Assembly (NCBI GenBank): GCA_023539445.1 | Contig: JAKCEW010000003.1 | Coordinates: 2,250 to 66,249 of the forward strand | Direction: 5' to 3' | From: Candidatus Terraquivivens yellowstonensis | GTDB taxonomy: Archaea > Thermoproteota > Nitrososphaeria_A > Caldarchaeales > Wolframiiraptoraceae | DNA length: 64,000 bases | Shown: piece after piece, positions 39,613 through 47,787 of the stretch | Layout of the letters: every line of letters begins with the position of its first letter | How positions within the stretch are numbered: the first letter of the stretch is position 1 | The notes under the pieces: generated by a model | The model's database searches: none | Seen by the model: the letters and a program-made list of their open reading frames with translations, nothing else | Told to the model about the DNA's origin: nothing | Translations under genes and position numbers: made by a program

Positions 39613-40808
39613 GCAAAAACCTCCATCGGCACCTTAGCCCAAGCGACAGGCTCGTCGTTGGGTATGGGATTACCTTTGTGGAGTTCTAGTATCCTCTCTC
39701 GGCTCACACCTTCCTCTTCTTTTATATACATAAGGTGCTTGTTGGACTTTGGTATAGAGTCCGAAATCAATCTAGCGACGGTAAAGCCTACGGTTTCAGC
39801 TATCGGTGCTATCATCTCCGCCATGTTGATGTAGTAGCCGTTCAGCCTCACGTCACCAACAACCACAAAACAGGCTGAGTCGTCCTTTAAGACCCTAAAC
39901 ATCTCTTTCAGGGATTCGTACATGAAAATTTTAAATTTCTGCTTCGATTCTGATTGAAATAGCTTACTCTTCACCTCTAGGTAATCATATCCTAAAAACC
40001 ATAATCTCAGCCAGTTGTCCCAAGCATAGGTCTGCATGTTGAAATAGGGCGGAGACGTAACTATCAAGTTAACGCTTTCATCCTCTAGTGGTAGATTCCT
40101 AGCGTCTTCCATCGTCGCTATGCCTCTAATCTTCGGCAGACCGTCTTCTAAAACCCTTTCGGCCTTCATGAGTAGGCACTTCAATACGTCCCTCTTGGGT
40201 TTTCTTAAGCCGTTCTTCTTGATAAAACGCCGTATATACTTTGGAGACATCGAGAAGGCGTGAGAACACGGTACGCTCAAGTGCATTTTGGTAGGGCCGT
40301 GGAGTATTCCGCACATGAGTGCTTTTATGAAATTTGCAAGGTCTGAATCGTCGTCCATCAATATATCCCTTATCGCCAATATCTGCTTAAGCGTAGATTT
40401 GCTAAAGAACACGCGGACGTCGTCGCTTATTTCGTCAACGTCATAGCTTTCCGGGTCCCACTTTGCCCTTGTCTTGCATATCCATTCTTTTACGCAATCC
40501 AAAGTAACTGGGTTCACTTTAGCTCTCGTTATAACATATGCCTCTGGTGCCAAATCGTTGCCTATTCCGATTCTTCCATTCAGACAGGCCTCAAGGGGCA
40601 AGGTTCCCTTTCCAGAGAAAGGGTCAAGAACAACATCACCACGCCTAGAGTACCTTTTTACGAAGTAATGAGCAAGAGCGGGAGGGAACGAGCCAGTTCT
40701 GGAACATATCCTATGAAGGCTCGAGCCCCAGCCATCGCCTGCATACTTCCAAGAATCATGTATCTCTGTGCTTAAAACCGTGAGGTAGTTTTTCATCGAA
40801 GGGCGCAC
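39609..40808 (-). CDS. DNA methyltransferase, N4-cytosine/N6-adenine type (PF01555-like)
   Basis: Motif X/I HRICSRTGSFPPAL...VVLDPFSGKGT, then a ~170-aa variable region, then catalytic motif IV TSPPYFN. SPPY is typical of m4C methyltransferases. Confidence 0.75.
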   Translation of the reverse strand: MRPSMKNYLTVLSTEIHDSWKYAGDGWGSSLHRICSRTGSFPPALAHYFVKRYSRRGDVVLDPFSGKGTLPLEACLNGRIGIGNDLAPEAYVITRAKVNPVTLDCVKEWICKTRAKWDPESYDVDEISDDVRVFFSKSTLKQILAIRDILMDDDSDLANFIKALMCGILHGPTKMHLSVPCSHAFSMSPKYIRRFIKKNGLRKPKRDVLKCLLMKAERVLEDGLPKIRGIATMEDARNLPLEDESVNLIVTSPPYFNMQTYAWDNWLRLWFLGYDYLEVKSKLFQSESKQKFKIFMYESLKEMFRVLKDDSACFVVVGDVRLNGYYINMAEMIAPIAETVGFTVARLISDSIPKSNKHLMYIKEEEGVSRERILELHKGNPIPNDEPVAWAKVPMEVFA

Positions 40809-40928
40809 AGCTTTGGCCCAAAGCTATAACTGTTGGGTTTACGCGGATGTTCGAATAATTCTTACATTAAGTCGACGTACTAATAGGAGAATCTGCCTAC
40901 CCATTTCGTACGCAATCATAGAAATCAT

Positions 40929-41561
40929 GTGCGGCAGGGCTTCCTTGAAAAACTTATACATCCATATATCATCCAAAAACAGTTGGTGGACGGGTTGGCG
41001 TATGTATTGAAATATGAAGGTCAAGAATACTATGAACTGGAGATAAAAGGTTTCAAGAGAAAACTGCCTCTCATTCAAGTATCTCCAGACACTTGGATTG
41101 CATACTTTGACAGCTTAGGCGATAGGGAATTCATAAGCCATTGCGCAAAAGAGCTCTACAAGCATTTACTTACATGCGATGTTCTCATGACGGCCGAGAG
41201 CAAAGGCATACCGCTCGTTCATGAGCTTGCGAGCATGCTAAATCATAGATATTACGTAGTATGTAGGAAAGAAATTAAACCGTTCATGCGCGATCCGATA
41301 TGCGCGTTCTACAAGCCTATAACCTCCAACAAGGAGCTAACGCTTTGTATAGACGGAAGGTATAAGGAGAAGATCGCCGGGAAGAGGGTAGGGATAATAG
41401 ACGACATAGTTAGCACTGGTGAGACTTTAAACGCCATGGAGGAAATCGTCACAAAGGCCGGCGGAATAGTCGAAAAGAAGATAGCGATACTCTTGGAAGG
41501 TAATAAGCGGGACGATGTCATTTACCTGGGCATATTGCCGATATTCAAGAAGGCGGTTTAG
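40929..41561 (+). CDS. Type I phosphoribosyltransferase (purine/pyrimidine PRTase family)
   Basis: PRPP-binding motif RVGIIDDIVSTGETL and PRT fold segment DVLMTAESKGIPLV. Confidence 0.6.
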   Translation: MRQGFLEKLIHPYIIQKQLVDGLAYVLKYEGQEYYELEIKGFKRKLPLIQVSPDTWIAYFDSLGDREFISHCAKELYKHLLTCDVLMTAESKGIPLVHELASMLNHRYYVVCRKEIKPFMRDPICAFYKPITSNKELTLCIDGRYKEKIAGKRVGIIDDIVSTGETLNAMEEIVTKAGGIVEKKIAILLEGNKRDDVIYLGILPIFKKAV

Positions 41562-41602
41562 CGGAAAGCTGAAATAGGACGATAAAAAATCCTTTAGTTG
41601 AT

Positions 41603-41715
41603 AGCCCGGTCGTCTAGCGGCCAAACATTCGGTCAGATGGGCCAAGGATCGCGGGCTCTGGATCTTGTGATGGAGGAGAACCCCGCGGACGCCGGTTCGA
41701 ATCCGGCCCGGGCTA
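41603..41715 (+). tRNA. tRNA-Gln (anticodon CTG) precursor with two introns
   Basis: Acceptor AGCCCGG/CCGGGCT (A1:U72) and an archaeal Gln-like D arm GTCTAGCGGCCAA. The anticodon stem GCGGG/CCCGC has loop CUCUG followed by a ~19-nt insert. T arm GCCGG-TTCGAAT-CCGGC, discriminator A. The gene is 113 nt against ~75 expected. About 21 extra nt in the D-arm/position-26 region and ~19 nt after position 37 imply two introns. Confidence 0.65.
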
Positions 41716-42516
41716 TCAATTCTTTGCTATCAAGCGTTGGACGGCTTTTGGGTATCCGTATTTCGATAAGATGGCCCTAGCGGCAGGGCTCTTCGTTAAA
41801 GATTCATAACCAACTTTAGCCGTCTTATCGTTCTCCTTGATTATTCTTGCCAGTGGGTCGCCTGGTTCGACATCTTTCGTGAGCAATGCTAAACCTGTAA
41901 ATACAAGCCCACTTGGTTTTATGCCATCAACATGTAACACGTCCATCGCTACCCACTCCACGCTTGCACCGCTTATCTCACCCGATTCTATCATTCGATT
42001 CACGTTCAGGTCCGATATCCAGACGAGTGCTTCGACCGCGCCGTTCTCGTAATCGGCAACGATTACAAAATTTTCCGGAAACGGTAGCACCTTCGAATGA
42101 TTTATACTCACCGGTCTCATGGCGAGGCTCCTAGCCGCCAGCCTTAATTCTTCTTCAGTAAAAAGGGTGTTATTCAGAGTCTTTCCGACGTGTAAAGCTT
42201 TGACCTTCCAAACCTTGGCACCCTTTGACTCAGCCAAATTCTTGTAGAGCTGGAATGTATCTGAGGCCCATTTGAAAGACTCAGTACCAGAGGCATGCTT
42301 CTCAAACCACTCTTTGGCTTTCTCGAGCGTCCAACCCTTAGCCTTTGAGAAGAGGTAGCTCTGAATCTCCATTCCTTGCTTTCCCTTCGGCTTGGCGACT
42401 ATGGCCTTTATCCCTTTCTCTGGATCTATATCTATGGTTCTGAACGTGCCTTCCTCAAAATCGTTAGGATCTCTATGACCGCTTCTTATATACTCCTCAG
42501 TTTCTTCCCACGGCAT
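41716..42516 (-). CDS. HK97-family prohead protease-like protein (tentative) with an N-terminal extension
   Basis: 266 aa. A His in VSINHS and a Ser in ISGASVEW lie ~45 residues apart, the same spacing as the catalytic His/Ser of U35/S78 prohead proteases. It sits directly downstream of a portal-sized gene. Confidence 0.35.
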   Translation of the reverse strand: MPWEETEEYIRSGHRDPNDFEEGTFRTIDIDPEKGIKAIVAKPKGKQGMEIQSYLFSKAKGWTLEKAKEWFEKHASGTESFKWASDTFQLYKNLAESKGAKVWKVKALHVGKTLNNTLFTEEELRLAARSLAMRPVSINHSKVLPFPENFVIVADYENGAVEALVWISDLNVNRMIESGEISGASVEWVAMDVLHVDGIKPSGLVFTGLALLTKDVEPGDPLARIIKENDKTAKVGYESLTKSPAARAILSKYGYPKAVQRLIAKN

Positions 42517-42519
42517 GGT

Positions 42520-43788
42520 TTACTCTTTCACCTCTGTCCCCTCGGTTAGCATGAAACCAAGCCTCTTCAGCATCTCCCGTAGTTCATCAAGTCTTACGAC
42601 CGGCACCCCTCGTGCCAGCAGTTCGGCGAACTTTATAAGATGATCTACCTCTATTCTTGGTTCTTCTTTCAGACCCCAATTCCATCTTACGTTTGCCTGC
42701 CTAGGGTCTATACCGTGCGTCCTGAGAAATTCGTCGAATATTTCGCGCTCCGTCACACGCTTGATGAACCTTCTAATTGCCATGAGCTTCCTCTCCATCG
42801 TCGCATCCGCTACCCTCGCGGACGCCTCAGTGAACCCAGGAGTCGTGAAGAGCCTTACATGGTGTGTCTGCGTCCCTATCACAAATTGGTCGAATATGTG
42901 CTTCCAGAAGAACTCTAAGACTGCCCTAGAGGAAACACCTACCTCCCTTACGTCGAACTCTTTACTGTTTGTCAGGAAGTCCTGCTCTGGTTCAAGCTTT
43001 TCTAATTGTGATTGTGCCTCTTTCAGAACATCAAGGGGCATTGTGGGAAATACGTAAACGTGTCTTGGTATCGCCTTTATAGCAAGCCTCATTGACGCAT
43101 CGTCTAGTTTCTCCTTCAACCTGACGAACGGCTCACGCTTTCTGAGTTTGCCCCTTATCATAAACCCCACACCTTCCGTCAGCATCGATGTAAGCCAACC
43201 CGTTCCAAAGGCACGTTCATCAACGACGTTCCATCTGTAGTGAATGACGAGCTTGGATGATAGCTTGGTCTGTTGGCCCTTATAAAGGCGGTTATACCAT
43301 AAAACCGTTCCATCTGGTGCTCGCACGGCCGATACTATAGAGCTAAGCGGCAAAGGCTTTATGTCTACCAACGTCGCACCCTTTGCTGGAACTATGATTT
43401 CCACTTTCGCTGATGTCCAAGGATCTTTGAGCACATCGATATCGTAAACGTCGTAAATCCTCTCCAAGAAGAAGTTGCCACATAACGTCGTCCACTTCGC
43501 TATTTTTAAATGAAGCTCGTCAAGGTTTATTTTTGCATTGAACTCATCGATGCTGTCCTTCGCAACGTCAACGTCGGCTGTCGTGTAACCTCCCATACCT
43601 GCGATTGCCTGCTCTATATAATCGGCCGCGCTCATGATAAGCGGGTCGCTCAGATAATAATCCACGTATTGCTGGAACGGAATGATTGGATATTCGATAG
43701 TCCCGGATGTCATGTAAGTGGTTGAATGCTGCACGGATTCGGCTATTGCTCTGATGGACACTTTTTCCATCAATCTTCTCAGGAACAT
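42520..43788 (-). CDS. Portal-like protein (tentative; size and gene order only)
   Basis: 422 aa, acidic, no Walker motif (so not a terminase). It lies immediately upstream of the protease-like gene, as in HK97-type head modules. Confidence 0.3.
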   Translation of the reverse strand: MFLRRLMEKVSIRAIAESVQHSTTYMTSGTIEYPIIPFQQYVDYYLSDPLIMSAADYIEQAIAGMGGYTTADVDVAKDSIDEFNAKINLDELHLKIAKWTTLCGNFFLERIYDVYDIDVLKDPWTSAKVEIIVPAKGATLVDIKPLPLSSIVSAVRAPDGTVLWYNRLYKGQQTKLSSKLVIHYRWNVVDERAFGTGWLTSMLTEGVGFMIRGKLRKREPFVRLKEKLDDASMRLAIKAIPRHVYVFPTMPLDVLKEAQSQLEKLEPEQDFLTNSKEFDVREVGVSSRAVLEFFWKHIFDQFVIGTQTHHVRLFTTPGFTEASARVADATMERKLMAIRRFIKRVTEREIFDEFLRTHGIDPRQANVRWNWGLKEEPRIEVDHLIKFAELLARGVPVVRLDELREMLKRLGFMLTEGTEVKE

Positions 43789-43904
43789 TTCAACGTAATG
43801 TTAAAACAACGTAAATAAAAATAGCATAACACAAAATGTGGTGAAACTGAAGCGAAAATACATGTAAAAAATTTATGACCAAGTTTTTGTGAAAATTATT
43901 TGGG

Positions 43905-44159
43905 ATGAGAGAGCTGGAGCAGTTCGTAAAGATATTAGAATTGGCGAATGCCGGTGGTGTTACGCCCTACAGGATTGGGCGCGTACTGGGAATCAACTAT
44001 CAAAAACTTAAGCGTATTTTGGAGTATGCGGTAAACGAAGGGATAATGACGTATAAACAGGCAAGGGCTGGCTCGAAAGTTTATGAACTTACCGAGAAGG
44101 GGGAGAGGTTGCTGAATGTTTGGGTTAGCTTTAACTATGAAGATGCAACGAATATATGA
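43905..44159 (+). CDS. Small winged-helix DNA-binding protein
   Basis: 84 aa. TPYRIGRVLGINYQKLKRILEYAVNEGIM is an HTH recognition helix, followed by the wing KVYELTEKG. Confidence 0.5.
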   Translation: MRELEQFVKILELANAGGVTPYRIGRVLGINYQKLKRILEYAVNEGIMTYKQARAGSKVYELTEKGERLLNVWVSFNYEDATNI

Positions 44160-44223
44160 CGTCCCGTAATTTATGAAGTCTGCGTCATAGTTTTTAGGAA
44201 AGTATTTGTACAAAATTTTTTGA

Positions 44224-44658
44224 GTGGAAATGGATGCGTGGCCTGATTCAAACGTTGGGGATTTGGTTTCCCCGAGAGATGAGAGCGTCGTATTAAGTTT
44301 CAAAGCCGGTGCAACGATATCAAAAGGAGACCCCGTGTATCTAATGGATCGAGATACCGTAGCACCAGCAACTGCACCGACGAATTGTATAGGAATAGCC
44401 TTGGAGAATGCCTCAGAAGGTGACTATGTGCCAGTATGCGTGTTGGGTGTCGTGAAAGTCGTGGCGGGCGCGGCAATAACCATGGGTCAGGCTGTGTATG
44501 GTGCGGATTCATCAAAACGCATACTTCCGCTGACCGACCAAGATGTAAATGAAAGTGGGGTCAATACGTATACAATATACTATGCTAGGAGGCTCGGCAT
44601 CGCTCTCGATAACTTCACGGCCCCTGGCGATACTGGTAGAATCCTCGTGGTGAAGTGA
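44224..44658 (+). CDS. Head-decoration-like beta protein (tentative)
   Basis: 144 aa, Gly/Val/Ala-rich core GIALENASEGDYVPVCVLGVVKVVAGAAITMGQAVY. It sits immediately upstream of, and is translationally coupled to, the capsid-like gene. Confidence 0.35.
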   Translation: MEMDAWPDSNVGDLVSPRDESVVLSFKAGATISKGDPVYLMDRDTVAPATAPTNCIGIALENASEGDYVPVCVLGVVKVVAGAAITMGQAVYGADSSKRILPLTDQDVNESGVNTYTIYYARRLGIALDNFTAPGDTGRILVVK

Positions 44659-44659
44659 T

Positions 44660-45622
44660 ATGAGTTGGCAGGACATAATGCCCAAAAAGTTTGAGACACT
44701 ATACAGCGATCCAAAGATTAGAGATGAGATCAACGAGCTGTTGCCAAAATTCTCGGCAAATCCCATATTTACCCGCATCTCAGAGCTGTTTCCATCCGGC
44801 TACGAGTCCATAACAAGCAGCATGCTTGGTGCAATAGCCAGAATGCATGACGTGGTGGTCGAGGCAGCCCAGCCCAACTTGATAGCAAGGCAACTGGTTC
44901 AGGTCATAAGGACTTCAGACCCTATTGTGAGATTCCCCAAAGCGAAGAGGGCGAAGGCATATAGGAGTGCAGAGTTGGCTCAAGTGTGGATTACGGGCGA
45001 GAAATACGAGGTGCAGGATGTAAAAGCCGACTTAGAGATAAGGGCGGCTGCTGAATGGACGAGGAAGTTCCTCGAGGATGCCCCATGGAGCGTGTTAGAA
45101 AGACAGGCTGCGGAGCTGGGTAGGGCCGTCGGCCTACTTGAGACGGAGGAGGTTATAGGAATGTTCATGCGGATACCCGAAGACGAGCTCGCTGGAGGTT
45201 CTGAGGTCATCGCCGTCAACGATGGAAAGCTTAGTTACGAGGATGTTGTAAACGCTAGGAGGGCCGTTCTGAAGGAGATGTTCCATCCAGACTGCCTGCT
45301 TGTCAGTGTATCTAGAGAGGCCGACCTTTGGAAGGATGATAAGTTCATACATAGCTTTTACTTCGGCGAGACTGTCGATAAACAGAGGGGTGTGCTGGGC
45401 AACTTTCTAGGCCTAGAGCTAATAGTTGACAACAGCGGCTCGGTCCCGGATAATAAAGCATTTGTTATCGATAGAAAGGCGGCCGGTGTGCTACTTGTCA
45501 GACGGGACTTAACGATAAGTAGCTATGAGACGATGAAGGACGAGGTCTATGGCATAATGGCAAGCGAACGAATAGGCATGGAAATATTGCGTTCAAAAGC
45601 CGTAGCAAGGATAAGCATCTGA
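44660..45622 (+). CDS. HK97-fold major capsid/encapsulin-like protein (tentative)
   Basis: 320 aa. The C-terminal DLTISSYETMKDEVYGIM resembles the conserved DL[ST]IGYE..EKD..V ending of encapsulin/HK97 A-domains. Position after a decoration-like gene supports the call. Confidence 0.4.
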   Translation: MSWQDIMPKKFETLYSDPKIRDEINELLPKFSANPIFTRISELFPSGYESITSSMLGAIARMHDVVVEAAQPNLIARQLVQVIRTSDPIVRFPKAKRAKAYRSAELAQVWITGEKYEVQDVKADLEIRAAAEWTRKFLEDAPWSVLERQAAELGRAVGLLETEEVIGMFMRIPEDELAGGSEVIAVNDGKLSYEDVVNARRAVLKEMFHPDCLLVSVSREADLWKDDKFIHSFYFGETVDKQRGVLGNFLGLELIVDNSGSVPDNKAFVIDRKAAGVLLVRRDLTISSYETMKDEVYGIMASERIGMEILRSKAVARISI

Positions 45623-45627
45623 AGGAT

Positions 45628-45813
45628 ATGCCTCCGGCTAAGGTTAAGATGACAATAACAGTTGACATGCAGGTTGCCGAGTACCTCGAAGGATTGCACC
45701 GAAAGCTCGTCCAAAAGATGCTCGAAGAGCGTAGAAGACCCCCAAGCTTCAGCCAATTCATGAACGAGTGGTTGTCGAGGCACATTTCAGAAGAGATCGA
45801 AAGGACGGGCTAA
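45628..45813 (+). CDS. Ribbon-helix-helix (CopG/Arc-like) DNA-binding protein
   Basis: 61 aa. N-terminal beta strand KMTITVDMQVAEYLEGL followed by two helices. Confidence 0.45.
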   Translation: MPPAKVKMTITVDMQVAEYLEGLHRKLVQKMLEERRRPPSFSQFMNEWLSRHISEEIERTG

Positions 45814-45901
45814 ACCACCTACCTCCCCAATTTTTTACTTTCGAAAATCGGTGTAGGAGAATGTTTATTACGCTCGCTTGGAATGAGAAAACTTCGCGAG
45901 A

Positions 45902-46570
45902 ATGTCGGAGCAAGAACTTAGAAGGAAGATAGTGGCCGTAGGAAAAAAGGCTTTCGATTACAAACTTCTATCAGGGACTTGGGGCAACATAAGCGCAAGG
46001 TTTGGTAAAGGTAGAATGCTCATAACGCCAAGTGGTTTCGAGAAGGCGGCGCTAAAGCCGAGCGATATCATCCTAATGGACTTAGAAGGGAACATTCTGA
46101 AGGGAAAGTGGAAACCTTCCTCGGAGATGCCAATGCATAGCTTGATTTACAAAACCAGAGAAGACGTAAATGCAATAATACATACGCATTCATACTACGC
46201 AATCGCCTTGGCCGTTGCTGGACAAGAAATACCAGTTTTGACGTCCGAGTTCGCGTCCGCTGTAGGCCACAACGTTCCTGTTACACGCTATGTTACGTCC
46301 GGTACGCGAGAGTTTGCAGAAGAAGTTGTTAGGACATTAGGTGAGGGGAAGGCAGTCTTGTTACGGAATCACGGCGTCGTTGCGGTCGGCGACTCTTTGG
46401 AAGACGCATTCCAAACAGCTTTGTTGGTAGAGGACGAGGCGAGGACTTTCATTCTTGCAAGCTCCTTAGGTTATGCAAAGCCCCTCGATCTAAACGAGGT
46501 GAAGAAGCTTAGAGAGGCGTATCTAAAAAGTTATGGTCAGGAAAAAAGAAGGCTGAATCTGAGGCTCTAA
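45902..46570 (+). CDS. Class II aldolase/adducin family protein (fuculose-phosphate aldolase-like)
   Basis: 222 aa with Zn-binding HTHS and the class II aldolase fold segments GNISAR and NHGVVAVG. Confidence 0.75.
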   Translation: MSEQELRRKIVAVGKKAFDYKLLSGTWGNISARFGKGRMLITPSGFEKAALKPSDIILMDLEGNILKGKWKPSSEMPMHSLIYKTREDVNAIIHTHSYYAIALAVAGQEIPVLTSEFASAVGHNVPVTRYVTSGTREFAEEVVRTLGEGKAVLLRNHGVVAVGDSLEDAFQTALLVEDEARTFILASSLGYAKPLDLNEVKKLREAYLKSYGQEKRRLNLRL

Positions 46571-46618
46571 AGTAGTTTTTGGTAAAAGTTTATAGGGCGT
46601 TATCTTCAAACGCGCCTC

Positions 46619-46828
46619 ATGCGGAAAAGGCTGCTACTCCTTTACGTGTTCGCGATAATCATCGGCGCCATAGGCTTCCCGAGCTTACTCGCGCTCTTAC
46701 AACAACTTCAGTGGTATGAGGTAGTTATCCTTTCTGTAGTATATTCTTCGCTCCTCGTAGCCGGTGGCTTAGGTCTAGCTCTTGCTCTACGCAAAGAACG
46801 ACGTGAGAAAAAGGAGCTAAAAGTTTAG
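46619..46828 (+). CDS. Small membrane protein (2 TM)
   Basis: 69 aa with two hydrophobic helices and a basic C-terminus. Confidence 0.3.
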   Translation: MRKRLLLLYVFAIIIGAIGFPSLLALLQQLQWYEVVILSVVYSSLLVAGGLGLALALRKERREKKELKV

Positions 46829-47007
46829 GTGAAGTTAAAAGGGCTTTACACTTCTTTTAGAACGACGTATACAAGGTAGACGTGGTGATTGCTGGGTTTA
46901 CGGGAAAGGTCAAAAGCTGAGTAAGGAAACATGGCGATTCCCGTCCTCGTAGCATGGCGTAACTTTTTTAAGTTTAAACCTCAGAATAAGTTTGGGGTTG
47001 GTATACC

Positions 47008-47664
47008 GTGCCAATAGAGTTTGGGGGAATTAAGATAAGCTGGCTTGGTCATGATGCATTCAGGTTGAAGAACGATAAAACGATATACATAGATCCTTAC
47101 AAGATAAAAGGGAAAGAGGTTGCTGACATAATATTGATAACGCACGAACATTTTGACCATCTTAGCGTTGATGATATCAACAAGATATCCTCTGAGAATT
47201 CTGTGATAGTGGCCGCAAGACCATGTGCAAACCAATTGGGAAGGGTAAAGGCTAAGGAAATAAAGTACGTGAAACCCGGCGACGAACTCGAGATTGACGG
47301 TGTGAAAATAAGGGCCGTGCCTGCGTACAATATCACAAAATTCAGGGAGCCGGGAAGACCTTTCCATCCGAAAGATGCGGGCGGTGTCGGCTACATAGTA
47401 AACATGAAGGGCATAAGTATATACCATGTGGGCGATTCGGACTTCATCCCAGAGATGAAAGAGCTGAAGGTGGATGTCCTCCTGGTTCCGGTCAGCGGAA
47501 CATACGTCATGACGGCAGAAGAGGCGGCTTCTGTCGCAAACGCCATAATGCCAAAGCTCGCTATACCCATGCACTATGGCGCGATAGTCGGCTCAGAGAG
47601 GGACGCTGAACTGTTCAAAAAGCTGGCCAAATGCGAGGTAAAAATATTAAGCAAAGAGGATTAA
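47008..47664 (+). CDS. Metallo-beta-lactamase-fold hydrolase
   Basis: ITHEHFDH (HxHxDH) metal-binding motif with downstream His/Asp ligands. Confidence 0.75.
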   Translation: MPIEFGGIKISWLGHDAFRLKNDKTIYIDPYKIKGKEVADIILITHEHFDHLSVDDINKISSENSVIVAARPCANQLGRVKAKEIKYVKPGDELEIDGVKIRAVPAYNITKFREPGRPFHPKDAGGVGYIVNMKGISIYHVGDSDFIPEMKELKVDVLLVPVSGTYVMTAEEAASVANAIMPKLAIPMHYGAIVGSERDAELFKKLAKCEVKILSKED

Positions 47665-47787
47665 AGTTGACGCCTTTGATATAACATAGCATGCCGGCTT
47701 GTAAACGGGAACTTTTAATAGTAGGAGGTTATGTTTAATTAATGCTAAAATATATCCAATTTTTGGAGGTAGGGGGATAGATATAAG

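Noticed and set aside
41716-45813. Alternative reading of the capsid-like module as a functional integrated provirus
   Set aside because: The window contains no terminase, tail or integrase genes, and I saw no att repeat. Both flanks are host genes within ~4 kb. It is therefore reported as a remnant or domesticated module rather than an intact virus.
46829-47007. Possible C/D-box half (GTGATTG ... CTGA) in the 180-bp gap before the MBL hydrolase
   Set aside because: It has one box mismatch and no C'/D' pair or terminal stem, which is insufficient for an sRNA call.
46981-47574. 197-aa ORF on the minus strand, antisense to the MBL-fold hydrolase gene
   Set aside because: It is His/Tyr/Cys-rich with low-complexity composition and lies entirely inside a well-supported HxHxDH hydrolase gene on the other strand. 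It looks like a shadow ORF.
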